DNA of 64,000 nt, from NCBI GenBank assembly GCA_013265495.1, contig MU058198.1, forward strand, positions 7,145,779-7,209,778, in the 5' to 3' direction. Below the pieces are notes generated by a model. It searched no databases, had not been told where the DNA came from, and was given only the letters and a program-made list of their open reading frames with translations. The stretch is from Vicugna vicugna (taxonomy: Eukaryota). A program made the translations under genes and the position numbers. This document shows positions 27,049 to 38,850 of the stretch, in pieces; the stretch's first letter is position 1; each line of letters begins with the position of its first letter.

Positions 27049-27674
27049 CATCCTTCTTGATCTCCGATACCTCTTTACCTTTTCCTGTGCCTCCATTTCC
27101 TTAGCCGTAAAATGGGACAATACCAACCTCACAGCTTCAACTGAGAAACAAGTGAGAAAACTCTGCGAGTGACAGAGTAGAAAACTCAGTGAATTTCTAC
27201 TTCCCTTCCCTTGCCTCTTCCCAAGGTACTTTAAGGGCAGATCAGAGCCAGGCTTCTGAACAGGAAAGCCAGGAAAATGTGAATCATTGTACTGGGACAT
27301 CAGGCAATTTCCTGTCCCAGAAATGTTGGGGACCCCATTTCTTCAACGGAACTGTTTGCTAAAGTCCCTGGGACCAGCAATGCCAGATGCTGGCCTCTTC
27401 CCAGCCTTCTCCCGATTCTGTCTCATGACTCTGCCAGGACTGGGACTCGGGTGAGGCAAGCAAGTGTCCTGGGGCACAAAACTGAAGGAGGCCTTCCTCT
27501 CAAGCCTCATGTTGCACCTCAGCACCTTGCTTGCCTCACTCTAGTCCAGACCCGCTCCTGACAGCCCTTCTTTAAGCAGTTTCTCCCTTTTTCCCCTAGA
27601 TATTCTTTTCTCCTGGTTTCTCTCTTAAAGGATCTTTTCTGTCTCTTGCAGGTCTTTCGTCCTACAGGGAGCCC

Positions 27675-28030
27675 TCAAACTGTGGTGCCCCCTCAGCGTA
27701 GTGGGACTGTTTCTCTTTTCCTCTTGGGCACATGACTGAACTACATTTCCCAGCCTCCTTTGCATGCAAGCCACCATGTGACTGAATTCTTTCCAATGGA
27801 ATGTGAGTAAAAGTGATACGTGCCACTTCCAGACCTGGCCCATACTCCTCCCCCAGAATGACAGAGCCACAGGATGGAAGGAGCTTGGGTCCCTGAATGA
27901 CCTTATGGAAGGTCACCCTCCACATATGAGCACTGAATTGTTACGTGAACAAGGAAAAAGCTTCTCTTGAGTTTTACACCTGAGATTTGGGGGCTGTTTG
28001 TTACAGCAGTTAACCTGCCCTGACTAATAA
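27675..28030 (+). mobile_element. MLT1 (MaLR) LTR relic
   Basis: TACATTTCCCAGCCTCCTTTGCA...CCATGTGACTGA...GGAAGGAGCTTGGGTCCCTGAATGAC...TTTGTTACAGCAG...TGACTAATA. Confidence 0.75.
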
Positions 28031-28385
28031 ATGAAGATTCTCTTCACAGCTCTCTCCCCTCTCATTCTACACAATGAATGATACAGTTTATGCATTATTT
28101 AAATTGCTGTCTACAATCAGAGGATGACATTTATATCTCCAGCTCTGACTTCCTTCCCACATTCCAGGCCTCTACTTCTAACAGCCCTCCTAACAGTTCT
28201 AAAAATGAACCCATGTTTTCCCCTAAAACTGCCCATCTCTCTGTGTTTCCACAAAATGATGGCAGCATCTCCTCCATCTCCCAAGGTAGAAATCTTGGAG
28301 TCTAACCTCCTTCTTCCCCCTCATCACCTCAATGGTCAATTAGTTCAAAAAATCTTTTCTCTGAATAAATATATTTCAGATCTGA

Positions 28386-28504
28386 CTGGCCCCTATCATC
28401 CTGCATGTAGCCTCTGTGACATCACGTGGAGAAGCAGAGGAGGGAGAATCACAGGAATCACAGGACTTGGGCCCCCTTCCCCCACCTCGCGGCGGATGGA
28501 CCAG
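28386..28504 (+). repeat. 119-bp local duplication, copy B (upstream of QPRT)
   Basis: Direct repeat of 25983-26101 at an offset of 2403 bp. Confidence 0.9.
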
Positions 28505-30387
28505 ATTCCCACTATATCTAACCTGGACTAGACTAATGCTCTCCTCTTGGGCCACAATGCCTTGGGGCCATCCTCCCGGATGCCAGTTTCGTTCAAAAGA
28601 CAGGTCTGATCTTGCCATGGTTTACTTGAAAATCGCCTTTTGCTCGTTCATTAATTCATTTGCCCTCTCCATTCAGTAAACACCTATTAGGTAGGCATGC
28701 CAGCCTGTGGACTCCGGAACCACAAAGACAATAGATGGATTTGGAGGGGCTACACAAAATGAAAGAGGGACACCCTCACATGATTACAATCCAGTTGTTC
28801 CTGCTGTCACGTGAGGGGCTGCGGGAGTGGAGGAGAAATACCATATCTGGGATGGAGGCAGCAAGAGCAGTGACATCTGATCTGCATCTTGACGGTTGAG
28901 GAGGAGTTTGGCAGGAAGTCAAGATGCGTGTGTGGTGGGGAAAGATGGGGGGGCGGGGTGTGGCTTCAGGCAGAGCATGCACAAATGCAGGAGTGAGTAC
29001 GTGGCCCTCTCAGTGGCCGGCAGCTTTGGGGATCTGGGCCATGGTCCAGTGAGGCTGTCCTGATGCCGCTAGCGGGGCAGGCAGGTGCTGAGCACCCCAG
29101 GGGGCTAAGGCACACAGACACTCATGGGCAGGGACAAGTAGATGATCTCCAAAATACCCTGGGTTTTCAGTGGCTAATGACGTGCCCCCAAACCTCCCCA
29201 GAACAGGATAGCCACCCACAGCCAATACCTTCTTAGAGTTTGAAAGTTTTCTCTCCACTCTTATTTGGGGTCTGTTTTTGTTACTGCTTTGGGAGTCTTA
29301 GAACCTTCTGATTGTATTCCTCTCTTGTCTTGTTAACAGTCCTAGCTTGATCTGCCTCCTGACACAGTCACTGAACTTGGGGCTCAGGGAAGAGGTGTTT
29401 CCCATTCCCTCAGCCCAAGGGCTGGAGCACTCAGAGCTGATGGCGGTCACCTGTGCTTGCAGCCCCCCGGTAACCCATCTTTCACAGGTTCTGCCAAACT
29501 GAATGTGGTCAAGGGGCAGAAATGGGGATGCGGAAGAAAATTAGGTGTAACTGTCCATGTTCAGAAATAAAATGTCCTTAAAACCATGCTCTGAGGCCCC
29601 TTTCCTGTCTGCAAAAGTGAATTACATTAATAGATTTCTTAAGACCTTCCCCACCCAAATCCTCCTGCCATCTGGAATTTGCATTGTAGATGGCAAAGCT
29701 GCATTTGTAACTACGAAGTAATGTGCCCTTTTGAATATAAAATAGAAACATGCATTTTAAAATATAAGGTGAAGAATAAGACACTGTATATGGTTGTGTG
29801 TGAGAGAGAGAATCCTGGTATTTAAGAAACTAGAATGTTCTGGTAATTAACTTTTGCAAAAGAGGGAAAATGCTATTTTACTATACCCCTAACCCCAAGA
29901 AAAGCACATGGCATATTCAGGAAACTACAAGGAATTTCATGAGGCTGGAGAGCTTATAGCTCTTGGGCCAAGGGCTGACCAGGCAGGGGTGTGCAGAGGA
30001 GAGGGAGGGCCAGATCTTAAAGGGGTCTTATACTCCATGCTAAGGAAGATAGACTCCTGACGGCCTTAGAAGGTGAAGGGGTGATCTGGACAGAGTGGCC
30101 CTTTAGAAAAGGCAGAGGGTGGAAGGGACGGGATTCAGGAAACCAAAAGGGCAATCTCTGCAGGACCCAGGCGGGCTGTGACGGGCCTGGAGAGAAGGGA
30201 GGGCTCCCAGGGACCCTGCAAGAAGAATCAGCTGGAATTGGCACCTGGGCAGTGAGGCCAGAGGAGAGAGTGGGACCCTTCATAGCGTGGCTCCATCCTA
30301 CCCTTCCAGCCTCCTCAAACCAGACACCCCCAGCCCCCCGCAAACACCTTTTTGTTAATATTTTTGAAATCAGGAAAGTCATCAATA

Positions 30388-30393
30388 TTTATT
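30388..30393 (-). terminator. Candidate SPN polyadenylation signal
   Basis: Minus-strand AATAAA preceded by TGTA, about 2.26 kb downstream of the SPN stop. Confidence 0.45.
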
Positions 30394-32649
30394 GTATACA
30401 ATACGGAAAATACTAAAGAGTATGAACAAAATAGAAATCACCCATACCCTTACAGAGAGCCACAGTAAATATTTGGGATATCTCCATCAAATTTTTCGTT
30501 TTCTTTAATGTCTATGTTTTTGCATGTTTATTACAAAACTAGAATCATATGTATTTACAGATAAGTAACTAGCTTTTTTCCCTACTTAAATTTACCATTT
30601 AACATTTTATTGTAGGCATTTTTCAAAGTCATGACATAGTTTTTGAAAACAGGATTTTTCCCAACCGTAGTAAATATAATAGACAGTTGACAACTTTTTC
30701 ATAACTGATAGGTTTGGTCCTCTCTTATTACGGTGTTTTATATTTCTTTCTTGTTTCTCTTTTTTTCTTTCTTTTTAGCCTTATAATATTTACTGCTTCC
30801 TTCTATAAGAGCCCAGAAAATACCCACCCCCATTGCCACCCACACCTGCCATTTCCTTCAGGATGCGCCCAGGACCCCGAAATCATTGATGGTTCAGAAA
30901 ATGACTGCATGTGTCGAGTGGGAGTGGGAGGTGTGAAGCTGATGGTCTCTGAGTTCAGTGACAATATTTTCTAAACCTGAAATTGGGGCAGTTGTTTTGA
31001 CAAATCTAAGACAACATTTGTGGTGTCCCAAAGGGACTTTTGGAACTCACTTCTGCTGTCCTGGGACGACGATTGGTCCAAACAGTGCATTTTGAGAAGT
31101 AGGAGAAGACATCCAGACGTGGGTGGTGAAGGCTGGATTTCCACCCCAGCTCAGCCCGTTCCCACAGACCAGGCAGAAGTGGCACAACTCTGGGCAGATC
31201 TTCAGCCCTTTTTGGCCCCTTTTTTCCCCATCCCTCCCCTACTCCATGAACTGACCAACCCAGGCCCTTTCCCTGTCTCCCGCATCCCTTCCAGTCCAAG
31301 CTACCTGGCAGTCACACTCACATGGTGTCCCTTGGTCTCTCTTTGTAGGTCAGTGTGTCTGCTCTCAGCCACTGTTCCTTCTGGCTCAACAACTTCCTCT
31401 TTGCAAATTTCCTCTTGGCCCTGGAGAAATACCAACGGCCTCTGGTCCCTGCGGCACCCTGGGCTCTGGCCTGAGCTGACCTCAGAGACAGACAGCACAG
31501 TTGGGTCTTGTCCCCTCCCTCCTTTCCACCTCCTGGTTCCAGGGACCTGTCACAGATGACTCTCAGCGATCCCCCTTGGAGAACCGAAGAGGAGATACCG
31601 TCAACACATTAAACATGTAACAGACTCAGCAAGACCCACTCCAGGTCTCTCGGGTCTCTCGTGTGCACGTTGGAGTTGGAAGGGGAGGTTCTGTGAAGAA
31701 GGGATGTTGCGGCTGAGCTGAAGAACCAGACTTGGTCACACATGCAGCCCTTCTCTCAAGCCCATCACAGACGGAGTTAAATCTCCTACCTCCACCCCAT
31801 GTGAGCAAAGATGAGAGCACATGTGTTCTCAGCAGCTCCCCAGGATGGCATCTGAGCCTCTGCAGCCCTTCCTGCCCACTCCCTCACACCATCTGTACTT
31901 GCCACCACCCTTCACAAGCATCACCAAGTCCTCGCCTTTTGCGTACAAACCGTATGCATGACTGGACCCACGCGGATGCTCAGACTTCTAAGAACTGCTC
32001 CTGCCCAGACACCCTTCTCACCTCTGTTTTTCAGAAGAAGCCTTGGGTTGCCTCAGTCTAGAGGTGGGTGAGGGGGGGGTGGTTTGAACCATGGGCCAGC
32101 CTAGAGTCCAGGTGCTGTCACAGACCCTCAGAAGAGCACGGCGAGGTGATGCCACCTAGCCTGTGCTCCAGGCTGGCCCGGCACAGAGCACTGGGGCCCA
32201 GAGTTAAACGAGGTTTGTGGGCTGACCCAGTAGGACTGTCCTCATCTGTGGGGCCAGATGTACTTTCCGGAGTCATCCTAAGCGAGAGTTTGCGGCATTG
32301 CCTTTTCCTTCTTCTCCCCAGACTCTGGTGTCTCTGGGGAATCCTCTGAGAAATCTGAGGTCAAGGAAGTTTGGCATTCCAGAAGTCAGCAGTTGGCCTC
32401 AAGTGCAAAAACCTGGAGAAAATGTGATGGGAGAAGTAGGGGTTGATGAAGAATGTTGGCTCACGCAGTCTACGAGCACTCAGTGGGCGTCGGCACTGGG
32501 CTAGGTGCTGGGTGGGGATGCTGGCTAGAAGATCCAGGGTTAAGAAGCCAAATAAGGATTCAGGGTGAAGATACTACATGAAAACCCAAAGGATGCTGGG
32601 TGATGATGGGTTTGGAAGTAATGATAGGGAGTCTTGTTATTCTCGAGCC

Positions 32650-33825
32650 CTAAGGGGCCTTCATATCTCTCGCTTCTGGCCCATCAGGAACAGAGGCTTC
32701 CACAGCCCCGTCCTCTCTGCCCATCAGTGGCTCTTTCTCCCCCTTTAGGCTGGAGGCTGACTGGGCTTTTAGATCCTCCAACGGCAGGGAGTCCTGATGA
32801 GACTTCTGTGTATTCAAGAAAGTGGTGAGTGTAGACCGCTGGTCGGACCCCTCTCCCTGGGGGACCCCAGAGCCCTTGTCCCCCCTAGACACTCCATCTG
32901 TTTTTATCATGGCCTCCTCGTCAGACACTTGTGCTCGCCCAGCCCAGGCATCTCCTGCCCCGTTGCGCTTTCCACCCCTGCTTAGTGTCAGGACTCCTGT
33001 CCTCTGCTTCCTCCATCGGACACATAGCAGGAGTAGGCACAGGAGGACAATGATCACCAGTAGGGCCACCAGCAGCACACTCACCAGCAGGGTGACATTT
33101 GTCCCCGGATGTAATTTGGGTAAGGATGTACTGCTTATGGTGACTATTTTTTCCCCAGAGATAGTGGAGCGACCGGTCCCCATGGAGGGCTTCAGAAAGA
33201 TAATTGCCGTGGTGACAGAGAGTCCCCTGGTCCCACTGGAGGTCTCCAGAGAGCTAGTTGCCGTGGTGATGGGTTCCCTGGTCCCACTGGAGGTCTCCAG
33301 AGAGCTAGTTGCCGTGGTCACAGAGGGTCTGCTGGTCCCACTGGAGGTCTCCAGAGAGGTAGTTGCCGTGGTCACAGAGGGTCCGCTGGTCCCACTGGAG
33401 GTCTCCAGGGAGCTAGTTGCCATGATTGTATCAGTTACAGTGTGAGATTCTGAAGAGTCCATTACCGGGTGAGCAGGCACACTGGTTGCTTCCGAGATTT
33501 CCGGGAGCACCGATGAACTCTTGGTCATAAGCTCCTGGGAGCTTATTAACCTAGATGCAGCAAGGTCACTGCTGGCAGCAGTGGAAATCCCAAGAGTGGA
33601 TAAAAACTCATTGGCTGTATCAGAAGTTGAAGGTGGGAGGGTCGGGTGTGCAGTGCTGTCTACCACCTTTGTAAGATGGGATGTCATTGAGGTTGTGGTC
33701 TCATGGATATTTGAGGTCGAAGAATCAGACAACGTGCCGGATTCAGACATCGGTGAAGTAGTTATGTTCTGTGGGCTCACGGTTTGGACCCAGACACTCC
33801 CAAAGAGGAAGAGAAGGAGGGTCAT
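32650..33825 (-). CDS. SPN: Leukosialin / sialophorin (CD43), about 391 aa, single coding exon
   Basis: Signal peptide MTLLLFLFGSVW, Ser/Thr-rich mucin ectodomain with 18-aa repeats, TM segment, and tail LSRGGKRNG..DAWAG..GDKGSG..TLTTF..SLKGE.EPL typical of CD43. Acceptor at 33860 leaves 34 nt of UTR before GAAATG. An in-frame weaker ATG lies at 33843. Confidence 0.95.
   Translation of the reverse strand: MTLLLFLFGSVWVQTVSPQNITTSPMSESGTLSDSSTSNIHETTTSMTSHLTKVVDSTAHPTLPPSTSDTANEFLSTLGISTAASSDLAASRLISSQELMTKSSSVLPEISEATSVPAHPVMDSSESHTVTDTIMATSSLETSSGTSGPSVTTATTSLETSSGTSRPSVTTATSSLETSSGTREPITTATSSLETSSGTRGLSVTTAIIFLKPSMGTGRSTISGEKIVTISSTSLPKLHPGTNVTLLVSVLLVALLVIIVLLCLLLLCVRWRKQRTGVLTLSRGGKRNGAGDAWAGRAQVSDEEAMIKTDGVSRGDKGSGVPQGEGSDQRSTLTTFLNTQKSHQDSLPLEDLKAQSASSLKGEKEPLMGREDGAVEASVPDGPEARDMKAP
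33157..33423 (-). repeat. Five tandem ~54-nt (18-aa) coding repeats of CD43
   Basis: Units start at 33423, 33369, 33315, 33264 and 33210 (TATSSLETSSGTSGPSVT-like). The third unit is 51 nt and the fifth is degenerate. Confidence 0.92.
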
Positions 33826-34228
33826 TTCCAAGACCACAGGCATGAGCAGGAGTTGGAACCTGAGTGTGGGGAAGTTGGAGAAATAGAACACATAAGGCGC
33901 TGGGGATGGGAGGAGGACTGCCCACTTCCCTGCTAACTGCTGGGTGAAATCTGCGGTTCAACGGCTTTTTCCACCCATGCTTTGAATAGTATCAGAAATA
34001 ACAAAGGAACAGATACTGGCCGCTCCCCCATCAGCTCTAGCCCATAGGCCCCCTCAGGCCATGGCAGCTTGCTCTCCAGCAACAGCCACCTGCTCCCTGC
34101 CTGACCTGACCCTATTCAATCCCATTGGCTCCTCATCCTCCTTTCCTGATATCCGTCAAGGTCTTTTCAAGCCAGAGGCACATTCCCAGCTCCACTGAGG
34201 CTCCTACCCACCAAGTCACATCTCTTAC

Positions 34229-34295
34229 CAGCTCACTTGATAACGCACAGGGCTGGGACCAGGCTGCTCCAACTCCTCCTGAAGCTGGGGCAAGA
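34229..34295 (-). other. SPN: Non-coding exon 1 of SPN (5' end approximate)
   Basis: Donor CTG|GTAAGA at 34229/34228. Sequence resembles the recalled human SPN 5'UTR (...TTATCA...GAGC.G|GT.CCA.CTC). The intron is about 370 nt. Confidence 0.65.
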
Positions 34296-34314
34296 CTGGC
34301 GGACAGGGCCCCAA

Positions 34315-34370
34315 GGGGAAAGGAAGTGGCCCTGGCTCCACCCACGCCAGCATCCTGCCCCACCCGCCGT
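34315..34370 (-). promoter_or_regulatory. TATA-less SPN promoter with GGGTGG (Sp1) boxes and an ETS site
   Basis: Minus strand GGGTGGGGCAGG...GTGGGTGGAGCCAGGGCCACTTCCTTTCCCC resembles the known CD43 promoter element GGGTGGGTGGAGCC. AGGAAGTG at 34321-34328. Confidence 0.65.
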
Positions 34371-35659
34371 GCTCCCACATTGCCGTACAATGAGAGCGGC
34401 ATCACTTACTCTCTCAGGGTCTGTGACGGTGACAGGGGCTTTAGGTCTCAGCTGAGACCGGTGGGGATGGTGGGTGGGGTCTGGAATGAGGATGCCTGGG
34501 TCTTGCTGGAGAAATGGGATGCCAAGGGGTGAAGCGGGGATAGAGTCAGAGCAGGGGTGATGGAAATGTGTGCTTGAGACCCAGGGGGTGCAGAGGAGGA
34601 GATGGGAGGAGTAGGTGGTTTCCTTTGCATTTGTGGTCCCCCAGCTGTTAAGCCAGGACCCAAAGCTAGCACTTTTTCTGCCCCGAGAGCTCCCAGGAAG
34701 TACTGGGGCAAGAGGAAGCCCCCGACTCTGGGTGATGGCAGCAAAAGCCTTTGCAAGCTGTGTGAAATCCCTGGTGGGCTCTTGACTTCCCCAGAAGCTG
34801 ATGTGGGGTGGTTACCACAATGGCCCCCAGTTGTGGCCCGCCTGACTAAATCCAGGTGGTTATTAGGCACTGTATATGCTATGATCTTATTTTTACAGAA
34901 GACTAATGAAAATGTGGGGATCTACATGGAAGATCGTCTGGATAAGTATCTACTGAGATATTACCAAGATTTTTGGGTAGGTGTGAGCTTTGACTTTTGA
35001 TATGTGTATGGTTTGGGGAGGCAGGTGCCTTTCTTTTAAAAAAAATCAAAACTGACTTTCATGTTTGAAAGTAATAATACATGTACATGATAGATGATTG
35101 GAAGAGGCCAATGTCAAGGCCTGGGATTGTACCCCACTCATAAGCTAACGAGTTAGTCTGACAAAGATGTGAGATCCCTGGGTCAGAGACACAGGAACCC
35201 ACTACTCATCGCTCAGCTAACGGCAGGGGCACTGGGTCTGCTTCAGTTCCGCTTGCCCCTGAGTCCCACAGGGCTGACACAGAGGGGCTGGCCCCACAGC
35301 TGAGGAGCACTGGGCTTGGGGAATTTCCCCCTTTTTGAGCCTGCTATTTGTCCTGAAGGGAGATGTTACTTCACCCCCACAGGGTTACTCAACCCTGAGA
35401 GATGGCCTGGATATAGAGCATCCAGGACCTTGTATTGTTGGCATATCAGTGAGAATGCAGGGATGCTCAGGGCCAGGCTGGATTGCCTCTCCCAGCAGGC
35501 AGGAGTGTATGAAGTGAAAAGGCTCTGTACATCTGCCACCAGATAGACAGTCGTAACAATGGCTATACATGCATATACACATGTATGTTATTATAGTATT
35601 CAATTTTATTGTATATATGTTCTCTCACTTTCCTTTTTTTTTAACTGAACAAAAAGAAG

Positions 35660-35747
35660 GAGCATGCACAAGATCCTGGGTTCAATCCCCAGTACCTCCA
35701 TTAAATCAATAAATAAACCTCATTACCTTCCCCTGCCCCAAAAAAAA
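35660..35747 (+). mobile_element. 5'-truncated vic-1-type SINE whose tail seeds a (GAAA)n tract
   Basis: AGCATGCACAAGATCCTGGGTTCAATCCCCAGTACCTCCATTAAA...AAACCTCATTACC. Confidence 0.8.
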
Positions 35748-35748
35748 G

Positions 35749-35823
<75 letters not shown>

Positions 35824-35825
35824 AA

Positions 35826-35861
<36 letters not shown>

Positions 35862-36020
35862 NNNNNNNNNNNNNNNNNNNNNNNNNNNNNNNNNNNNNNN
35901 NNNNNNNNNNNNNNNNNNNNNNNNNNNNNNNNNNNNNNNNNNNNAAAGAAAGAAGAAAGAAAGAAAGAAAGAAAGGGAGGGAGGGAGGAAGGAAGGAAGG
36001 AAGGAAGGAAGGAAGAAAGA
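35748..36020. repeat. (GAAA)n/(GGAA)n tetranucleotide tract with assembly gap (N 35862-35944)
   Basis: Directly visible. Confidence 0.97.
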
Positions 36021-37111
36021 TCAGATAGTATGAACAAAAAGAAGGAAGGAAGGGAGGAAACCATTCCATTGTCAGACATTAGGTTGTTTCAACATTTTGT
36101 CTTTGCAAACAGAAAAGTAGGAATAATTGGCGGCAAAGTAACTGGAGGTTAAAAAAATTTTAATTCCAATATATCTACAAAAATGTTTGTAAGACAGCAT
36201 AAAGATGCCCAATTTCTCAACCTTTAAAAAAAAAATCACTGAAGCAAAATTCATTGTTGACAAAACTGTCATTTCAACTAAATTGCTGCTGACAAAGTGG
36301 TACATTCCCCAGGCCTGATGTTAAGCCTCAGTTCTGGGGCGAGTGGAGAGGATGTCGCTGGGTCCAGGCTCTGGCCTGAAGCACTCAAGAAACAATCTAA
36401 CCAGCACAGTGTGTAGACCCTGGGGTGGAGGGAGAGATGATGAAAATATGAACAAGGAATGGGCCCTGCCCTCAAGACATCGCAGAAACACAATACTTAG
36501 AAAATTCAGTAGCAGCAGCTGGCCAGGTACAGAACTGAAGGTTGTCTGCGCATGATTCCAGCTGCTCCTCATAGCAAGCCCATTTTACAGGTGAGGAAGC
36601 TAAGGTACAGGAAGGTTAAGTCACGTGCCCTAGGCATTTAGAATGGGCCAGCACTTTGCAGTCACAAAGCACTTACTCTTCACAACAACTCTGATCATTC
36701 AGATCATTCCCTGTACTTTAACAGGTAAAGAAACTGAGAAACAAAACAGTTAAGAGAATTGGCTAGGCTCAGACAACCAGCCAGTGCTAGAGATGAACTC
36801 CAAAACCATGTTAGTCTAAGGACCCCAGGCCAAGAATAAGGATCTCCCAGGAAGTACCGCCATCTGATACTTAATAACTATGATGCATTTAGACACATGC
36901 TTATGGATAAATAATTCAAATAATAGAATACTCATTAAAATAGGGGCAAGGTTCAGCCTTAGGGAGTCTAAGAAGACTGCAGAGAAGCAACATCTTTAAA
37001 GGCTAAGGGGCATAGGATCACTTCTCTTTCTCCTACAGCCTACATCCAATCTGTAAATTCTGCACTCTCTACCTTCAAAATGGGGCCAGTGCCTGATAAC
37101 CACATCTTGGC

Positions 37112-37745
37112 TAAGTGTCCACTGATAGATAAATGGAAGAAGAGGTGGTATATATAAACACTGGAATATTACTCAGCCATTAAAAAGAACGAAATCTTGC
37201 CATTTGCGACAACGTGGATGGACATAGAGGGCATTGTGCTAAGTAAAATAAGTCAGACAGAGAAAGACAAATACCATGTAATTTCATTTATATGTGAAAT
37301 CTGAAAAACAAAACAAATGAACAAACATAGTGAAACAGAAACAGGTTCATAGATACAGAGAATAAAATCTGGTGATTGCTAGAGGAGAAGGTGGTGGGAG
37401 GAATGGACGAAATAGATGAGGGAGTTTGTGGTATGAAGTTTCAGTTACAAAATTAAGGGGGGGAAGGAGGGCACAGCTCAGTGGGAGAGTGTGTGCTTAG
37501 CATGCACGAGGTCCTAGGTTCAATCCCCAGTGCCACCATTAAAAAAAAAGAAAGACTCATGGGGATGAAATGTACCACAAGGGGAATAGAGTCAATAACA
37601 TTGTAATAACTTAGTGTGGTGACAGATGGTAATGAGACTTGCCGTGGTGATAAATTTTGTAATGTAATGAAATATCAAACCACTATGTTGTGCACCTGGA
37701 ACTAACAGTGTTGTAGGTCAATTATTCTTCAATAAGTAAATAAAG
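37112..37745 (+). mobile_element. LINE-1 3' end with a nested vic-1-type SINE (about 37457-37550)
   Basis: AAGTGTCCACTGATAGATAAATGG...GGAATATTACTCAGCCATTAAAAAGAACGAAATCTTGCCATTTGCGACAAC. The SINE A/B boxes lie inside. Confidence 0.85.
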
Positions 37746-37749
37746 GGGA

Positions 37750-38850
37750 GGGGAAAGAAAAGAAGAACCTGGAACACGTTATTGCATCAGAAAATAAGGC
37801 AGTGCTCCAAGAATGATGGAACTGTATCAAAGGACAAGGAACTAGCTTGAAGGAGCTCCTCCGGCCCAAGCAGGGGCACCTTGAGCATCAGAATGAATAA
37901 TGGCTGTGATCAACTAACACGCTGAATGAAAAAAGAACCCATGAGTTCATATTGATCCTGAAAATATTAGAGACCCAGAGTGAAGAAGGAAGGAAGGGAG
38001 GTGGAAGGGAGGAAGGAGCATAGGGAAAGTTCTTTTACAGTAGGAAACCTAACATAAAATTGTAGAAGGAATGTAAAGTTTAAAAAGGACCAGTTTACAA
38101 CCACCATGATAATAATTGATTCAGGTAAGAATGATGTTTAAAACCATTGGGTGAAATTGGAGTAGCAACGTCAGGGGCGCATAGAGGATATTTTTATAGT
38201 CTTAAATTATTTCCCCACAAGCTACGTATTCATTACCAAGGAAAAGTAGCAATTTTACGGTGGAGAAAACTAACAGACATCATCTTAACCAAGTGATCAG
38301 AGTTCACATGACCAGTGATGGAGGCTCTAGGTATGATGCATTGAGAAAGGCCCAGCATCACTTCTGTCCAAGCAAAAAATGCATAACCTGAATCTAATTT
38401 TCAAGAAATATCAGGCAGACCCAAATTGAAAGACATTTTACAAAACAGCTGGCCTATAATCTTCAAAAATGTCAGTGTTAGGAAGGACAAAGAAAACCAG
38501 AGACATTCTTCCAGATCTTAAATGAGTAAAGACATGTGACAACTAAATGCAATATGGCATCCTGGATTGGGTCTTAGATTTGGGGGTGGGGAAGAATGCT
38601 ATAAAGGAGACCATGGGGATAACTGGCAAAATTCAAATAGACCGTAGAGTAGATAATAGTACTGAATTAAGATTAACTTTCCTGAATTTGATAAATGTAT
38701 TATGGTTATATTCCTAGTTTGCAGGAAATACATGTTTGAAGTATGTAGGATTGATGGTACACAATGCAGAAAGTTCCTCTTAAATAGTTTCACATACACA
38801 TACAAAATAATGACAATAAAATATATAGGAGATAAAATAAAGCATATGGG
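37750..38850 (+). mobile_element. Old L1M 3'UTR relic
   Basis: Motifs such as GCATAACCTGAATCTAAT, AGACCCAAATTGAAAGACATTTTACAAAA and ACAACTAAATGCAA, typical of old L1M elements. Confidence 0.6.

Noticed and set aside
33157..33423. CRISPR-like or novel repeat array
   Set aside because: Head-to-tail coding repeats without spacers. This is the known CD43 mucin repeat in a mammalian genome.
32822..33445. 207-aa plus-strand ORF antisense to SPN
   Set aside because: Shadow ORF produced by the 54-nt repeats and codon bias of SPN. No independent coding evidence.
35664..36152. KERK/FLSF-repeat ORFs
   Set aside because: Translation of a (GAAA)n microsatellite spanning an N gap.
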